DNA from: a virus
DNA: 64,000 nucleotides
Strand: one strand, 5' to 3'
Virus record (IMG/VR): IMGVR_UViG_3300032331_002067
Span: 36,002 to 100,001 of that record
Below the pieces are notes generated by a model, which made no database searches, was not told the DNA's origin, and saw only the letters and a list, made by a program, of their open reading frames with translations. A program made the translations under genes and the position numbers. Positions 55,592-64,000 of the stretch are shown one piece after another (position 1 is the stretch's first letter; the number at the start of each line of letters is the position of its first letter).

Positions 55592-55869
55592 AAAAAATAA
55601 TTGATGCAATCAAGACGATGAGTAGTCGTTCTTATTGGACAAGGGTTAATACAGTAGAGGCTTGGGGATTTGCAACAAAGATTGCAATCATCTTTCCGGG
55701 TCTTCTTCTCGGTAAACAATTCTGGTGGTTATACATCTTTGCCATTATCTCAAGCGTTGCCTTAATCTGGACTTCGACAAAAAAGACTCTTCCGACTATT
55801 ATCCTATTCAATGTGATGTGGGTGATTCTAGCCAGCTTGTCTATTTTGAAGCACTTTTGGTGGTTTTAG
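55588..55869 (+). CDS. small membrane protein
   Basis: three hydrophobic segments. Confidence 0.6.
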   Translation: MKKIIDAIKTMSSRSYWTRVNTVEAWGFATKIAIIFPGLLLGKQFWWLYIFAIISSVALIWTSTKKTLPTIILFNVMWVILASLSILKHFWWF

Positions 55870-55910
55870 GATTTACTGATTAAAACCGTATGCTGTATAC
55901 TTAAAGCATA

Positions 55911-56837
55911 ATGGAAGATGTAAAAGTAAACACATCCAAGACCCTAACCCTCACTCTCCCCGCTGACCCCACTTCAAATCTGGTCAGTGTCTCTGTCTAT
56001 CATGAACTGGGAGACCTCGTATATGGTCCTGTAAGCGCCTCTAGAGCCTCTACGGGAGTTTATACAATCACATTAGGACAGCAAGCGTCTGGTCTCTATA
56101 TTTTAAATGCAGCAGGCAGACATCGTGCGGAATTTACTTACACGGTTTCCGGAGCTTCTTATACACAGGCTCAGTATATTAATGTCTACACCCCCTATAC
56201 CACTGCTGCCGATTTCTTCATCTCCTATCCAGAACTGCAAGAATCTAAAGGTTCTCTTTTTGACCGTTATGAAAAGCGGGTCAGAGCAATCATTGATACT
56301 TACTGTGGTCAGTCATTTGATTATTACCCAAACAAGTCAATTACTATTGATGGCAATAACCATGCGAACCTACATCTCCCATATCCTATTTACACTTTAA
56401 CCAAAGTTACTCAAGATCCGGGTCGTACATATCAAGAAGTTCTTTTTGATGCAACTCTTCCATCTGTCAATAATGTTGAGAGAGTTAAGCAGCCTTTAAA
56501 CTTTGAAGCCTCTTATTACATTCGTTTCAAAACAGACACGATTGATAAAAATAACACTCAGATTGTTCCTAACGGATGGAAAGCTAAGTCTGAATATAAG
56601 ATTGAAGGAGACTTCGGTTGGGGGTATGTTCCTAATAATGTAAAGTTTGCAGCTGATCTTTTGATTGCTGACTTGATGAATGATGACGCTGAGTATAGAA
56701 GGCATGGTATCCACAGCATCGATATGGATATCGTTAAGATGCAGATGAAGCAGTCGTTCTACGAATCAACTGGAAACATTGAAGCTGATGTCTACTTGAT
56801 GGACTACACACTGTTTGTGATGGATTATGTGGTCTAA
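55911..56837 (+). CDS. head-tail adaptor (neck) protein
   Basis: IIDTYCGQSF...G.FGW..VP..VK.A...TGN.EAD..L.DY; position in the module. Confidence 0.75.
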   Translation: MEDVKVNTSKTLTLTLPADPTSNLVSVSVYHELGDLVYGPVSASRASTGVYTITLGQQASGLYILNAAGRHRAEFTYTVSGASYTQAQYINVYTPYTTAADFFISYPELQESKGSLFDRYEKRVRAIIDTYCGQSFDYYPNKSITIDGNNHANLHLPYPIYTLTKVTQDPGRTYQEVLFDATLPSVNNVERVKQPLNFEASYYIRFKTDTIDKNNTQIVPNGWKAKSEYKIEGDFGWGYVPNNVKFAADLLIADLMNDDAEYRRHGIHSIDMDIVKMQMKQSFYESTGNIEADVYLMDYTLFVMDYVV

Positions 56838-57226
56838 TGGCATTTGGAACTTATTTACGGTTTAACCAAACCGCTGATGTCTATCAGAAGATTACGACAG
56901 TGAGTCCTGCCGGACAAAAAACATTTGAGTACAGACTGATTAAAACAATCCCTATCTTTGTTCAGTCTCACGGTTCAGAGACAAGCAATAGCGGAAAGAG
57001 GATTGCTCCCTATCAAGATTATATCTCTACTCACCAAATTCTTGTTCCGGGTGATTACTCAAGCTACATCGATTTTACAAACCGTATTCAAATTATTAAA
57101 GATAAGTATGGAGATACCCTTGAAGTCGGACCTTTTGAGATTGTATCTATCCAGCCAAAATTTGGGTTCAATGGTCGCAAGTCTCATCTCCTTGCCGTTA
57201 TTAGAAAGGTTGTTGAGCCATCATGA
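56837..57226 (+). CDS. head closure/stopper protein
   Basis: synteny and size. Confidence 0.6.
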   Translation: MAFGTYLRFNQTADVYQKITTVSPAGQKTFEYRLIKTIPIFVQSHGSETSNSGKRIAPYQDYISTHQILVPGDYSSYIDFTNRIQIIKDKYGDTLEVGPFEIVSIQPKFGFNGRKSHLLAVIRKVVEPS

Positions 57227-57558
57227 GTTTTGCAGTAAGTCATACACTGGGAGCGTTAGTCAATAGAATTGATAATATTCCCAATAATCTTAAAGAAGCT
57301 ATTTCACGAACATTTATGGAATCATATGATACTTTGAAATCCGAACTTGAAATGCAGTTTGGTGACGCTATACGGTATGCAGATTTTGACCTCTCCTTCT
57401 CAGGAGACACCTATTCAATAAATATCACTAATTTGAATGAATTTGTTACAATAGCTCAGACTGGTTCAGACGGTTCTGATATTACATCATTTGCAGAATC
57501 CTATATGCATCAAAAAATAGTTGATTGTCTTAAAAGAGACATCATGGGAGGAGCTTAG
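57223..57558 (+). CDS. neck/tail-completion protein
   Basis: synteny. Confidence 0.5.
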   Translation: MSFAVSHTLGALVNRIDNIPNNLKEAISRTFMESYDTLKSELEMQFGDAIRYADFDLSFSGDTYSINITNLNEFVTIAQTGSDGSDITSFAESYMHQKIVDCLKRDIMGGA

Positions 57559-57560
57559 TA

Positions 57561-57986
57561 ATGACAATATCAACCATTGCAGTCTATGATTTAAATGCTT
57601 TCTTAAAAGCTGATACTACGATAACAACCATTGCGGGCAAGACGCTCAATTTCTTCCCAGTCGTTGCTACAGATTCTGAGCCAGCGCCATTTGTTGTTTA
57701 CTTTTACAACCCAATGGTTCCCGATGTTGAAGCTTATTGGTTGAGATACGATGTTATCAAGTACTCAATTTTTGACACAGATGTGGATCGTCTTTTCCGC
57801 CTTTCTGAGAGGTTCGTGGAGCTGCTTGGTCATGGCGACCAAATTGAGGCAGCGGGCGGGGTAACAGGCACCGATACTCGTATCTTGTCCTGCTACCAAA
57901 CAGGATCCAATCTGATAGCTCCATTGGAAATCAATGGTTGGTATAGAATGAATTTAGATTTTAAATTGTGTTATGTTTCAAAATAA
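57561..57986 (+). CDS. tail terminator protein
   Basis: L.AD..I......FP...APFVVY motif; precedes the tube gene. Confidence 0.65.
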   Translation: MTISTIAVYDLNAFLKADTTITTIAGKTLNFFPVVATDSEPAPFVVYFYNPMVPDVEAYWLRYDVIKYSIFDTDVDRLFRLSERFVELLGHGDQIEAAGGVTGTDTRILSCYQTGSNLIAPLEINGWYRMNLDFKLCYVSK

Positions 57987-58024
57987 ACAATGTCAGTCTA
58001 GATAAAGTGGTACACTAATAATAT

Positions 58025-58219
58025 ATGCAGTATACTACTATTACATATGTCGGGAAGACTCCCGGCTACATAGTCAGGGTAGGTCGAAATACCTACGATT
58101 TTGAGTGGAATAAAGGACTCGGAATCGGTACAAGAGGTGGAGAAATCCGCCCTGATCATGTCAAGAAGATCGCTAAATGGCGTGATAAAAAGGGTAAAAG
58201 AATATTTATCCTTGAATAA
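58025..58219 (+). CDS. small basic hypothetical protein
   Basis: TG-G-TACACT promoter upstream. Confidence 0.55.
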   Translation: MQYTTITYVGKTPGYIVRVGRNTYDFEWNKGLGIGTRGGEIRPDHVKKIAKWRDKKGKRIFILE

Positions 58220-58236
58220 TTTAGGAGGAAACTAAA

Positions 58237-58812
58237 ATGGCAGTTAATGTTTCAAACATTGTAGTCGGAGAGGCAACTATTAAGGTTGGCGATTCGGCTA
58301 ATGCAACAACCATCAATGCGATGGACAGCTTCAGTGACCTTGGTGCAACACAGAACGGTGTAGAAATTTCATGGGAACCAGATATGGTTGACATTGAAAT
58401 TGATCAATTCGGTGACGCAGCAAGAATCATTCAATCAAAGGTAAAGGTCACGGTCAAGACGACTATGGCAGAGGCAACCTTGAATAACCTAGCACTTGCT
58501 TGGAACTACGACTCGGTTGGAACAACCGATGTTGTGGCAAACAACGATGGTGCAAATACAAAGACTTTCTTGTTCGGAGCGCAGACCGTGTTCCCATACG
58601 AAAAGGCACTTGTTATCCAAGGTTATGCTCCCGGCACAACAGCTGGTGCAACCAAGACCCGCAAGTTCTATACAAAGCGTGCAATTTCAATGGAATCAAC
58701 TCAGTTGAGCATGAAGCGTGCAGAGGCATCCGTCTTTGCAGTAGGCTTCAGAATTCTTCCAAAAGTTGAAGACACTGGTTACGAGTACGGCAAGATCATC
58801 GATCAAATCTAA
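58237..58812 (+). CDS. major tail (tube) protein
   Basis: LGAT.NGVEI..EP....IEIDQ...TTMAEATL.NL.LAW. Confidence 0.85.
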   Translation: MAVNVSNIVVGEATIKVGDSANATTINAMDSFSDLGATQNGVEISWEPDMVDIEIDQFGDAARIIQSKVKVTVKTTMAEATLNNLALAWNYDSVGTTDVVANNDGANTKTFLFGAQTVFPYEKALVIQGYAPGTTAGATKTRKFYTKRAISMESTQLSMKRAEASVFAVGFRILPKVEDTGYEYGKIIDQI

Positions 58813-58846
58813 ACAAGTAATAAACAAAAACTAACTGATTGTCGGA

Positions 58847-58892
58847 AAATCCCTCAAGCCCTTGTGCTATACTTGGAACTTGAGGGATTTTT
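58847..58892 (+). terminator. terminator after the tail tube gene; loop contains TG-C-TATACT
   Basis: AAATCCCTCAAG/CTTGAGGGATTT followed by a T-run. Confidence 0.7.
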
Positions 58893-58922
58893 CAATCCCT
58901 AAACTCAAGGAGAAAATTAAAT

Positions 58923-59225
58923 ATGACTGAAAAGAATGCTGACATCCTCGGAGGAACAGAGATCCTTTTTGCTGATGGTAAGACAAGAACAATTAAGCCA
59001 CTCACAATCAGAAACCTTCGTAAGTTCATGAAGGTCGTTAAAGACCTCAAGACTGATGACACACTTGAAGACGCTGATATTGATGTCATGGTGGAAGCTG
59101 CAGCTATTGCACTTATCGCCGTTGACCCTGTGCTTGCTGCCAATACAGAAGCACTTGAAGATGCGCTTGACCTTCGCTGCTTTGGTGAACTGATGGGCGC
59201 AGCAATGGGTTCAGACCCTTCCTAA
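58923..59225 (+). CDS. tail assembly chaperone (G)
   Basis: position between tube and tape measure genes; IKPLTIR.LR.F motif. Confidence 0.75.
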   Translation: MTEKNADILGGTEILFADGKTRTIKPLTIRNLRKFMKVVKDLKTDDTLEDADIDVMVEAAAIALIAVDPVLAANTEALEDALDLRCFGELMGAAMGSDPS

Positions 59226-59539
59226 CAGAGGGGAGTGGAACAGGTGATCCCACAAGCTGGGAAGACATTCCTCTCCTCAAATATGAATCAGAAATTTTCA
59301 TAAGAAGCGGTGCTTGGAAGAACATCGTAGAGCTAGAAGAAAGTCTCACACTTGACGAGATGTTTCTTCTTTATCGTGCTTGTATGAATGAAAATTCAAC
59401 GCAAATGAAAATGCTCGCTGCTTCGCAAGGAGCGGATGTTGATATGAATGAAGATTGGTTTGATCCAGAACCACCAGAAATAATCGGCTCTTCAAATATT
59501 GGTTCAATACCATTTGGATTAGGTTATGAACAACAATAA
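59216..59539 (+). CDS. tail assembly chaperone extension (GT), reached by a probable -1 frameshift
   Basis: open -1 frame from 59216 with no early start; C-CCT-TCC-TAA at the end of G. Confidence 0.6.
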   Translation, partial: PFLTEGSGTGDPTSWEDIPLLKYESEIFIRSGAWKNIVELEESLTLDEMFLLYRACMNENSTQMKMLAASQGADVDMNEDWFDPEPPEIIGSSNIGSIPFGLGYEQQ

Positions 59540-59586
59540 TAAATTGCTTTTATTGGCTCAATGCCTTATTATTAACTAAGACAATC

Positions 59587-62500
59587 ATGAGTGACGCACA
59601 AGCCGAAATCCTAGTTAGAGCCGAGATGAATGACCGGCTTTCGGCTGCTCTTCAACGCATAAACGGTCAATTAAGTAACACTGTTCGTTCATTAAATGGT
59701 TTAAAGGCAACAAGTCAAAGCGCAGTAGGTGCAACTAATGCTGTTGGTGCAGCAATATCTAAACTTTCAAGAAATTCTAATTCTTTAAATGGATCTTTAA
59801 GAAGTAATGCTTTAAGTCAGCAAGCTCTTTCTGCTGCATTTAGAAATAGTAATATACAGGCTAATGCTCTTAGCGCACAACTTGGTCGCTTACAGTCTGC
59901 CGGTTTAAATACAACACCTATTCGTGCATATATAACTCAATTGAGAGTTATGGATTCTATGCAGAAGCAAATTGGAAACTCAATGCGAGCAATGCAGTTC
60001 CAAAAAATGGGTACTCAGCTAAACGCTTTCTCTCAGAGGATGACAAATGCTGGTACACGAATCACAATGGGTTTGACATTACCACTCGTTGCCTTCTTCA
60101 GAATCGGCTTCCAGTCATTTAAAGCATTAGATAAGCAAGTTATTCGTACATCCAAGTTGATGGCTGACTCTTTTGATGACAGCGTAAAGAACGCAACTGG
60201 TGCATCAAAGGGCTTTACCGACCTTGGCTTTGCTTTGAAAACTCTTGGTGATGGTCTTGATAAGATTACTTCTAAATGGGGCGTGTCAAGAGAGCTTGTC
60301 CAAGGTCTTGCAGGAGACTTTGCAGAGCTTGGTATTTCCGCCCCAGAGACACTTTCTCGATTGACTGAGCTAACTGTTGAGTTTGAGAAGTTGGGTAACA
60401 TTGATATCACACAAGCTCAATCAACAATTCAAGCAATGTTCCAAACGATTTCCAGAATCAGAACGGATAAAGGTCTGGATGTTTCAAGCGCTGCTTCTCT
60501 AAAGCAGATGACTCAAGAGATTGATGGAGCGATTGCTTTCTTCAACTTTGCTGAAAACAAAACAACCCTTTCTCTAAACAACATTGCTGAAGCTTTCCCC
60601 GAAGTAACTGCTGCTGCGACTTCTTTTGGTTTGAACATGCAAACTACAGCAGCAATGCTTGTTCCTATGATTGGTGCAGCTTTCCAAACTGGAGCTTCAG
60701 CTAACTCTATTAAAGTCTCTCTGCAGAGAATGGTTGCAACAACAAAACAAAATGCGGATATGCTTCAAAGTTTGAGTGGAGTTCTCGGTAAAGAATTTAC
60801 TCCAGCACTTGATGTTAGTGCGAACGGTGTAATGGGGCTTGTTAATAATTACGATTTACTTTTGAAAAAGTTTGGTCAAAAGGGCGTTCTTCAATTTATG
60901 TCAAAACTATTTGGTGTCCGTCAGGGTCCAAGAATGGAAGTGGCTGTTGCTCAGATGAATAAGTATCAAAAGTCTTTAAAATTAGTCGGAACTCAAGAAC
61001 AGATGATGGCAAAAGGCGTTGAGAGATCTGTCAATGCCCAACTCAAACTTGCTGGATACGGCAAGAAAGATATGATTAAGATTGAAAATCTTAAAGATAT
61101 TAATGATTTAACACTTAAAGCACAAGATATGGATAAAAAAAGTGGTGAGTATACAGATAAAGCTTTAAGGATTCAAGAGGGTCAAAAAATTGCTATGCAA
61201 AACTTAGAAAAACAATCTCTAAGTGCCGGAAAGCAAAATTTAGATGCACAAGGAAAGATCATTGTAGACAATACCAAGAAACTTACAAAGCAAAATAAAA
61301 TTGGTGAAGAGTTTAATAAGATTCAAACAGAATCAGGAAAACTTCTTACAGGTCAGCTTTACGGTAAGTCTTTAACAGAAAAGAATAAGAATGACGAATT
61401 AGAGCGTGTAAGAAAGTCTATTGAAGTTCAATATGGTATTGCAAGAGAGAATGTTAAATCAATTTCTCGCGAATTGGTAACAGTATTTGGGGATGTTCTT
61501 CAAGTACTTAACCCAATTCTTAAAAAAATATCTGCGTTTATCCGTGATCTATCTCCTCAGACAAAAAAGATTATTGGTGTTGTCCTTCTTGCCCTCGTAG
61601 CAATTGGACCGTTGATGCGCACCATTGGCGCTGTTGGTCAGCTTGGAGCGATGTTCTCAAATGCTCGTGCTGCCGGTATTAGAAGATTTAGAGGTAATGT
61701 TGTTGAACTAAACGATTCTCTTATGAGAACAAGCGATATTGCACTAAGAGTCGGAGGAAACTTCAAGAAGTTTGGGCAAGACGGTAAAATCTTTACTACT
61801 AGAAAAGATGCAAAAAGACTTGAGAAGCTTGCTCCAATTATTGCAAAACAAGATCGGGGAGAAACTCTTACTGCTAAAGAATCAGCCAAGGGTGGTAAGT
61901 ATATTAGACAACTTGCGGGCGGTAAGGCTGTTAGGGAAGGCAAAGCTCTTTTATCTCAAAAAAACTTCTATGGTCTTGATCAAGCAACAAAAGATTATGT
62001 TAGGTCTCTTGACCCCATTGTTCAAACAAACAAAATGGTCAATGATATTCTTACACAGCAGGCTCAGAAGACAGCAGGTATTGCAAGAAAAGCAGCACAA
62101 AAAATTCTCCGTATTAGACCTGCTTCTAACAATACTGGACCTATTTATCCAACCCCCACAGGAGCACCTATTCCAGCGAGCGCTCTAGCAGCCCCTGCTG
62201 CCCCTGCTGTTACAGCACCAATACTCACTCTTAGAGATATTCTTACTCAAATTCTTGCATCTCTTCAAGCAATTCAGGCTTGTGTTTGCAATGCAAAAGC
62301 TGCAGCAACTGGAAGACCTTCTCCTGCTGCAAGTGGTGCTCCAACCAACGCACCGCCCGCAGGAGGCGCAGGCGGTACAACATCGGCTGCAGCTACAACA
62401 GGAACACCTGCTCCAACGGGTGCTGCTGTTACAGCTGTAACTGGTCCAATCACCGCTGCAGCAGTCGCAGCAAAACAAACATACGCAGAACTTCTTGCGA

Positions 62501-64000
62501 CATCTCCTCTCTTTCAAAGGTATAGACTTTCTCTCCGAGATATTGTCCATATTGTTAATGCTCTTAAGCTTCCTATTGATCAAGCTGTTGCCCAGTCAAG
62601 CGGAACATTGAATGAAACATTTAGTTTTGTAAAAACAATTTCTAAAGATTCAATTCTCACAAAAGTTTTACTTGAGAAATATGGAATTGACATCAATAAG
62701 GTTCTTGATCAATATCGTCAAGCAGTAATTAATGCCAGAAATAACTTAGTTGCTGGAGCTAGACCGACTGCACCTGCTCAAACACTCCCTGCAAACTTTA
62801 TGAACCCAATGGGTGTTATTGGTGCAATGAAGCCGGTTGTCCCGTCTGCTCCTTCCGCACCTGCACAGTCTCTCCCCGCAAACTTCATGAACCCAATGGC
62901 AATGATGAATGCCATGAAGCCCACGATGCCTGAGATACCTGCAGGTGGAGATATTCTCAAACCAGCAATTGATAAGGGAATGCATGCTGTTGCGGAAGCA
63001 GTCATGGTGTCTATCGGTAAGAAGCCAGTTACCCCAGCAGCAAGCCCAATTCCTGCTGCAATTGAAGCAGCAACAGCCACTGCGGAAGAAACGGTTGCAA
63101 CAGATGTCAAGCAGAAAGCAAAGAGAGGTCGTGGAAGACCAAAAGCTGCTGGACCAATCCCTGCTGCTATTGATACTGCTGTTGTAAAGGCGGAAGAAAC
63201 CGTTGCAGAAGCAGTTGTCGAAGGATCTAAGAAAAGAGGAAGACCAAAGGGTTCAGCGAACAAGCCAAAAGTGCCTGCTCCTGTGGTACAAACTCCTCCT
63301 GCAATGGCAGGGGATCCTTACAGTATTGTCGCAAGTTTTGGAGGTTTGGGCAGTGATCCAATAATCCAAGCAAAAGTAAAAGTAATTCAATCAATAACTG
63401 ACATTGTTGCTAAAGCAAATCAAACGGGTGAGAAACTTGGTGTCAATTTTACATCTATTGGTAAAGATATTGTTCAAGCTTTAAGCATTGAAAATGTTGG
63501 CAAAGATTCTTATGCAATAACAAAAGAAGCACTCATAAGTCTATTCAAGACCCTTGGAGTTCAAGTTCCAGCAGATCTTGCTAAGGTTGCTGACTTAATC
63601 AATAAGGAAACAGGACAGGTTCTAACAACATCCGCTGCAGGAGTTGCAAAACTTGCAGCACAAATTAAGTCCGGTATGACTGGAGCAGCAATTGGTGCTG
63701 GTTCAAATATGGTAACTGGTCAGAAGGGTAATCCTTTCTTTGTACAGCAACTAAATACTGGTTTCGGAAAAGCAATGGGCACAGGAATCGATAGAACGAG
63801 TCCAGCCGTTGTTGCCGAAATGAAAGCTGATGCCCCAGTTGCTGTCGCTGATCAAAAAACTGATGAAGGGAAACTTCGTGCAAGAGTTGAAGAACTGAAG
63901 ACGAGGGTTTTAAGAGTCCAAAGAATTGGTGAAGATATTGACTCTAAGGTTGCAGCAATTCTTGAGCAAAAGAGGGCAACTAAATCTGTAGATATTAAAT
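59587..64000 (+). CDS. tape measure protein (3'-truncated by the window)
   Basis: ATG at 59587; frame stays open at the positions checked; TMGLTLPL and ENKTTLSL..I.EAFP motifs; Ala/Gln-rich helical composition. Confidence 0.88.
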   Translation, partial: MSDAQAEILVRAEMNDRLSAALQRINGQLSNTVRSLNGLKATSQSAVGATNAVGAAISKLSRNSNSLNGSLRSNALSQQALSAAFRNSNIQANALSAQLGRLQSAGLNTTPIRAYITQLRVMDSMQKQIGNSMRAMQFQKMGTQLNAFSQRMTNAGTRITMGLTLPLVAFFRIGFQSFKALDKQVIRTSKLMADSFDDSVKNATGASKGFTDLGFALKTLGDGLDKITSKWGVSRELVQGLAGDFAELGISAPETLSRLTELTVEFEKLGNIDITQAQSTIQAMFQTISRIRTDKGLDVSSAASLKQMTQEIDGAIAFFNFAENKTTLSLNNIAEAFPEVTAAATSFGLNMQTTAAMLVPMIGAAFQTGASANSIKVSLQRMVATTKQNADMLQSLSGVLGKEFTPALDVSANGVMGLVNNYDLLLKKFGQKGVLQFMSKLFGVRQGPRMEVAVAQMNKYQKSLKLVGTQEQMMAKGVERSVNAQLKLAGYGKKDMIKIENLKDINDLTLKAQDMDKKSGEYTDKALRIQEGQKIAMQNLEKQSLSAGKQNLDAQGKIIVDNTKKLTKQNKIGEEFNKIQTESGKLLTGQLYGKSLTEKNKNDELERVRKSIEVQYGIARENVKSISRELVTVFGDVLQVLNPILKKISAFIRDLSPQTKKIIGVVLLALVAIGPLMRTIGAVGQLGAMFSNARAAGIRRFRGNVVELNDSLMRTSDIALRVGGNFKKFGQDGKIFTTRKDAKRLEKLAPIIAKQDRGETLTAKESAKGGKYIRQLAGGKAVREGKALLSQKNFYGLDQATKDYVRSLDPIVQTNKMVNDILTQQAQKTAGIARKAAQKILRIRPASNNTGPIYPTPTGAPIPASALAAPAAPAVTAPILTLRDILTQILASLQAIQACVCNAKAAATGRPSPAASGAPTNAPPAGGAGGTTSAAATTGTPAPTGAAVTAVTGPITAAAVAAKQTYAELLATSPLFQRYRLSLRDIVHIVNALKLPIDQAVAQSSGTLNETFSFVKTISKDSILTKVLLEKYGIDINKVLDQYRQAVINARNNLVAGARPTAPAQTLPANFMNPMGVIGAMKPVVPSAPSAPAQSLPANFMNPMAMMNAMKPTMPEIPAGGDILKPAIDKGMHAVAEAVMVSIGKKPVTPAASPIPAAIEAATATAEETVATDVKQKAKRGRGRPKAAGPIPAAIDTAVVKAEETVAEAVVEGSKKRGRPKGSANKPKVPAPVVQTPPAMAGDPYSIVASFGGLGSDPIIQAKVKVIQSITDIVAKANQTGEKLGVNFTSIGKDIVQALSIENVGKDSYAITKEALISLFKTLGVQVPADLAKVADLINKETGQVLTTSAAGVAKLAAQIKSGMTGAAIGAGSNMVTGQKGNPFFVQQLNTGFGKAMGTGIDRTSPAVVAEMKADAPVAVADQKTDEGKLRARVEELKTRVLRVQRIGEDIDSKVAAILEQKRATKSVDIK

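Noticed and set aside
59587-64000. Short ORFs on both strands listed in the track over this region
   Set aside because: They are shadows of the long tape measure frame, which the track omits because it has no stop codon in the window.

Overview
This is a 64-kb segment of a large, AT-rich tailed (siphovirus-like) dsDNA phage. WhiB, an Rpf-like transglycosylase, a proteasome-beta/HslV-like peptidase, an actinobacterial-type LexA box and many leaderless genes point to an Actinobacteria host. Layout: (1) 1-17.3 kb, a + strand arm of small hypothetical genes plus whiB, a GHKL-ATPase/HEXXH protein, an HNH nuclease, an Rpf-like protein and tRNA-Arg. (2) 17.3-18.25 kb, a non-coding convergence region with DnaA boxes, a LexA box and iteron-like repeats. 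(3) 18.3-22.1 kb, a GC-richer - strand array of six self-contained expression cassettes, each with a conserved promoter, a leaderless start, an intrinsic terminator and a conserved hairpin spacer. (4) 22.2-31.6 kb, - strand accessory genes: tRNA-Asn, FkbM methyltransferase, 2OG oxygenase, SNase, cytochrome P450, HslV-like peptidase and thyX. This block also holds a candidate ~105-nt small RNA antisense to 23S rRNA helices 69-70. (5) 31.7-64 kb, + strand glycosyltransferase, nrdJ and the virion module: portal, a protease-scaffold with a Dps-like domain, major capsid protein, lysis genes, tail fibres (one His-rich, followed by an oxygenase and a halogenase), neck, tail tube, chaperones, and a tape measure protein that runs off the window. 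The top candidates for new biology are the anti-23S sRNA and the cassette array. All calls come from reading the sequence and recognising motifs; no database searches were run.
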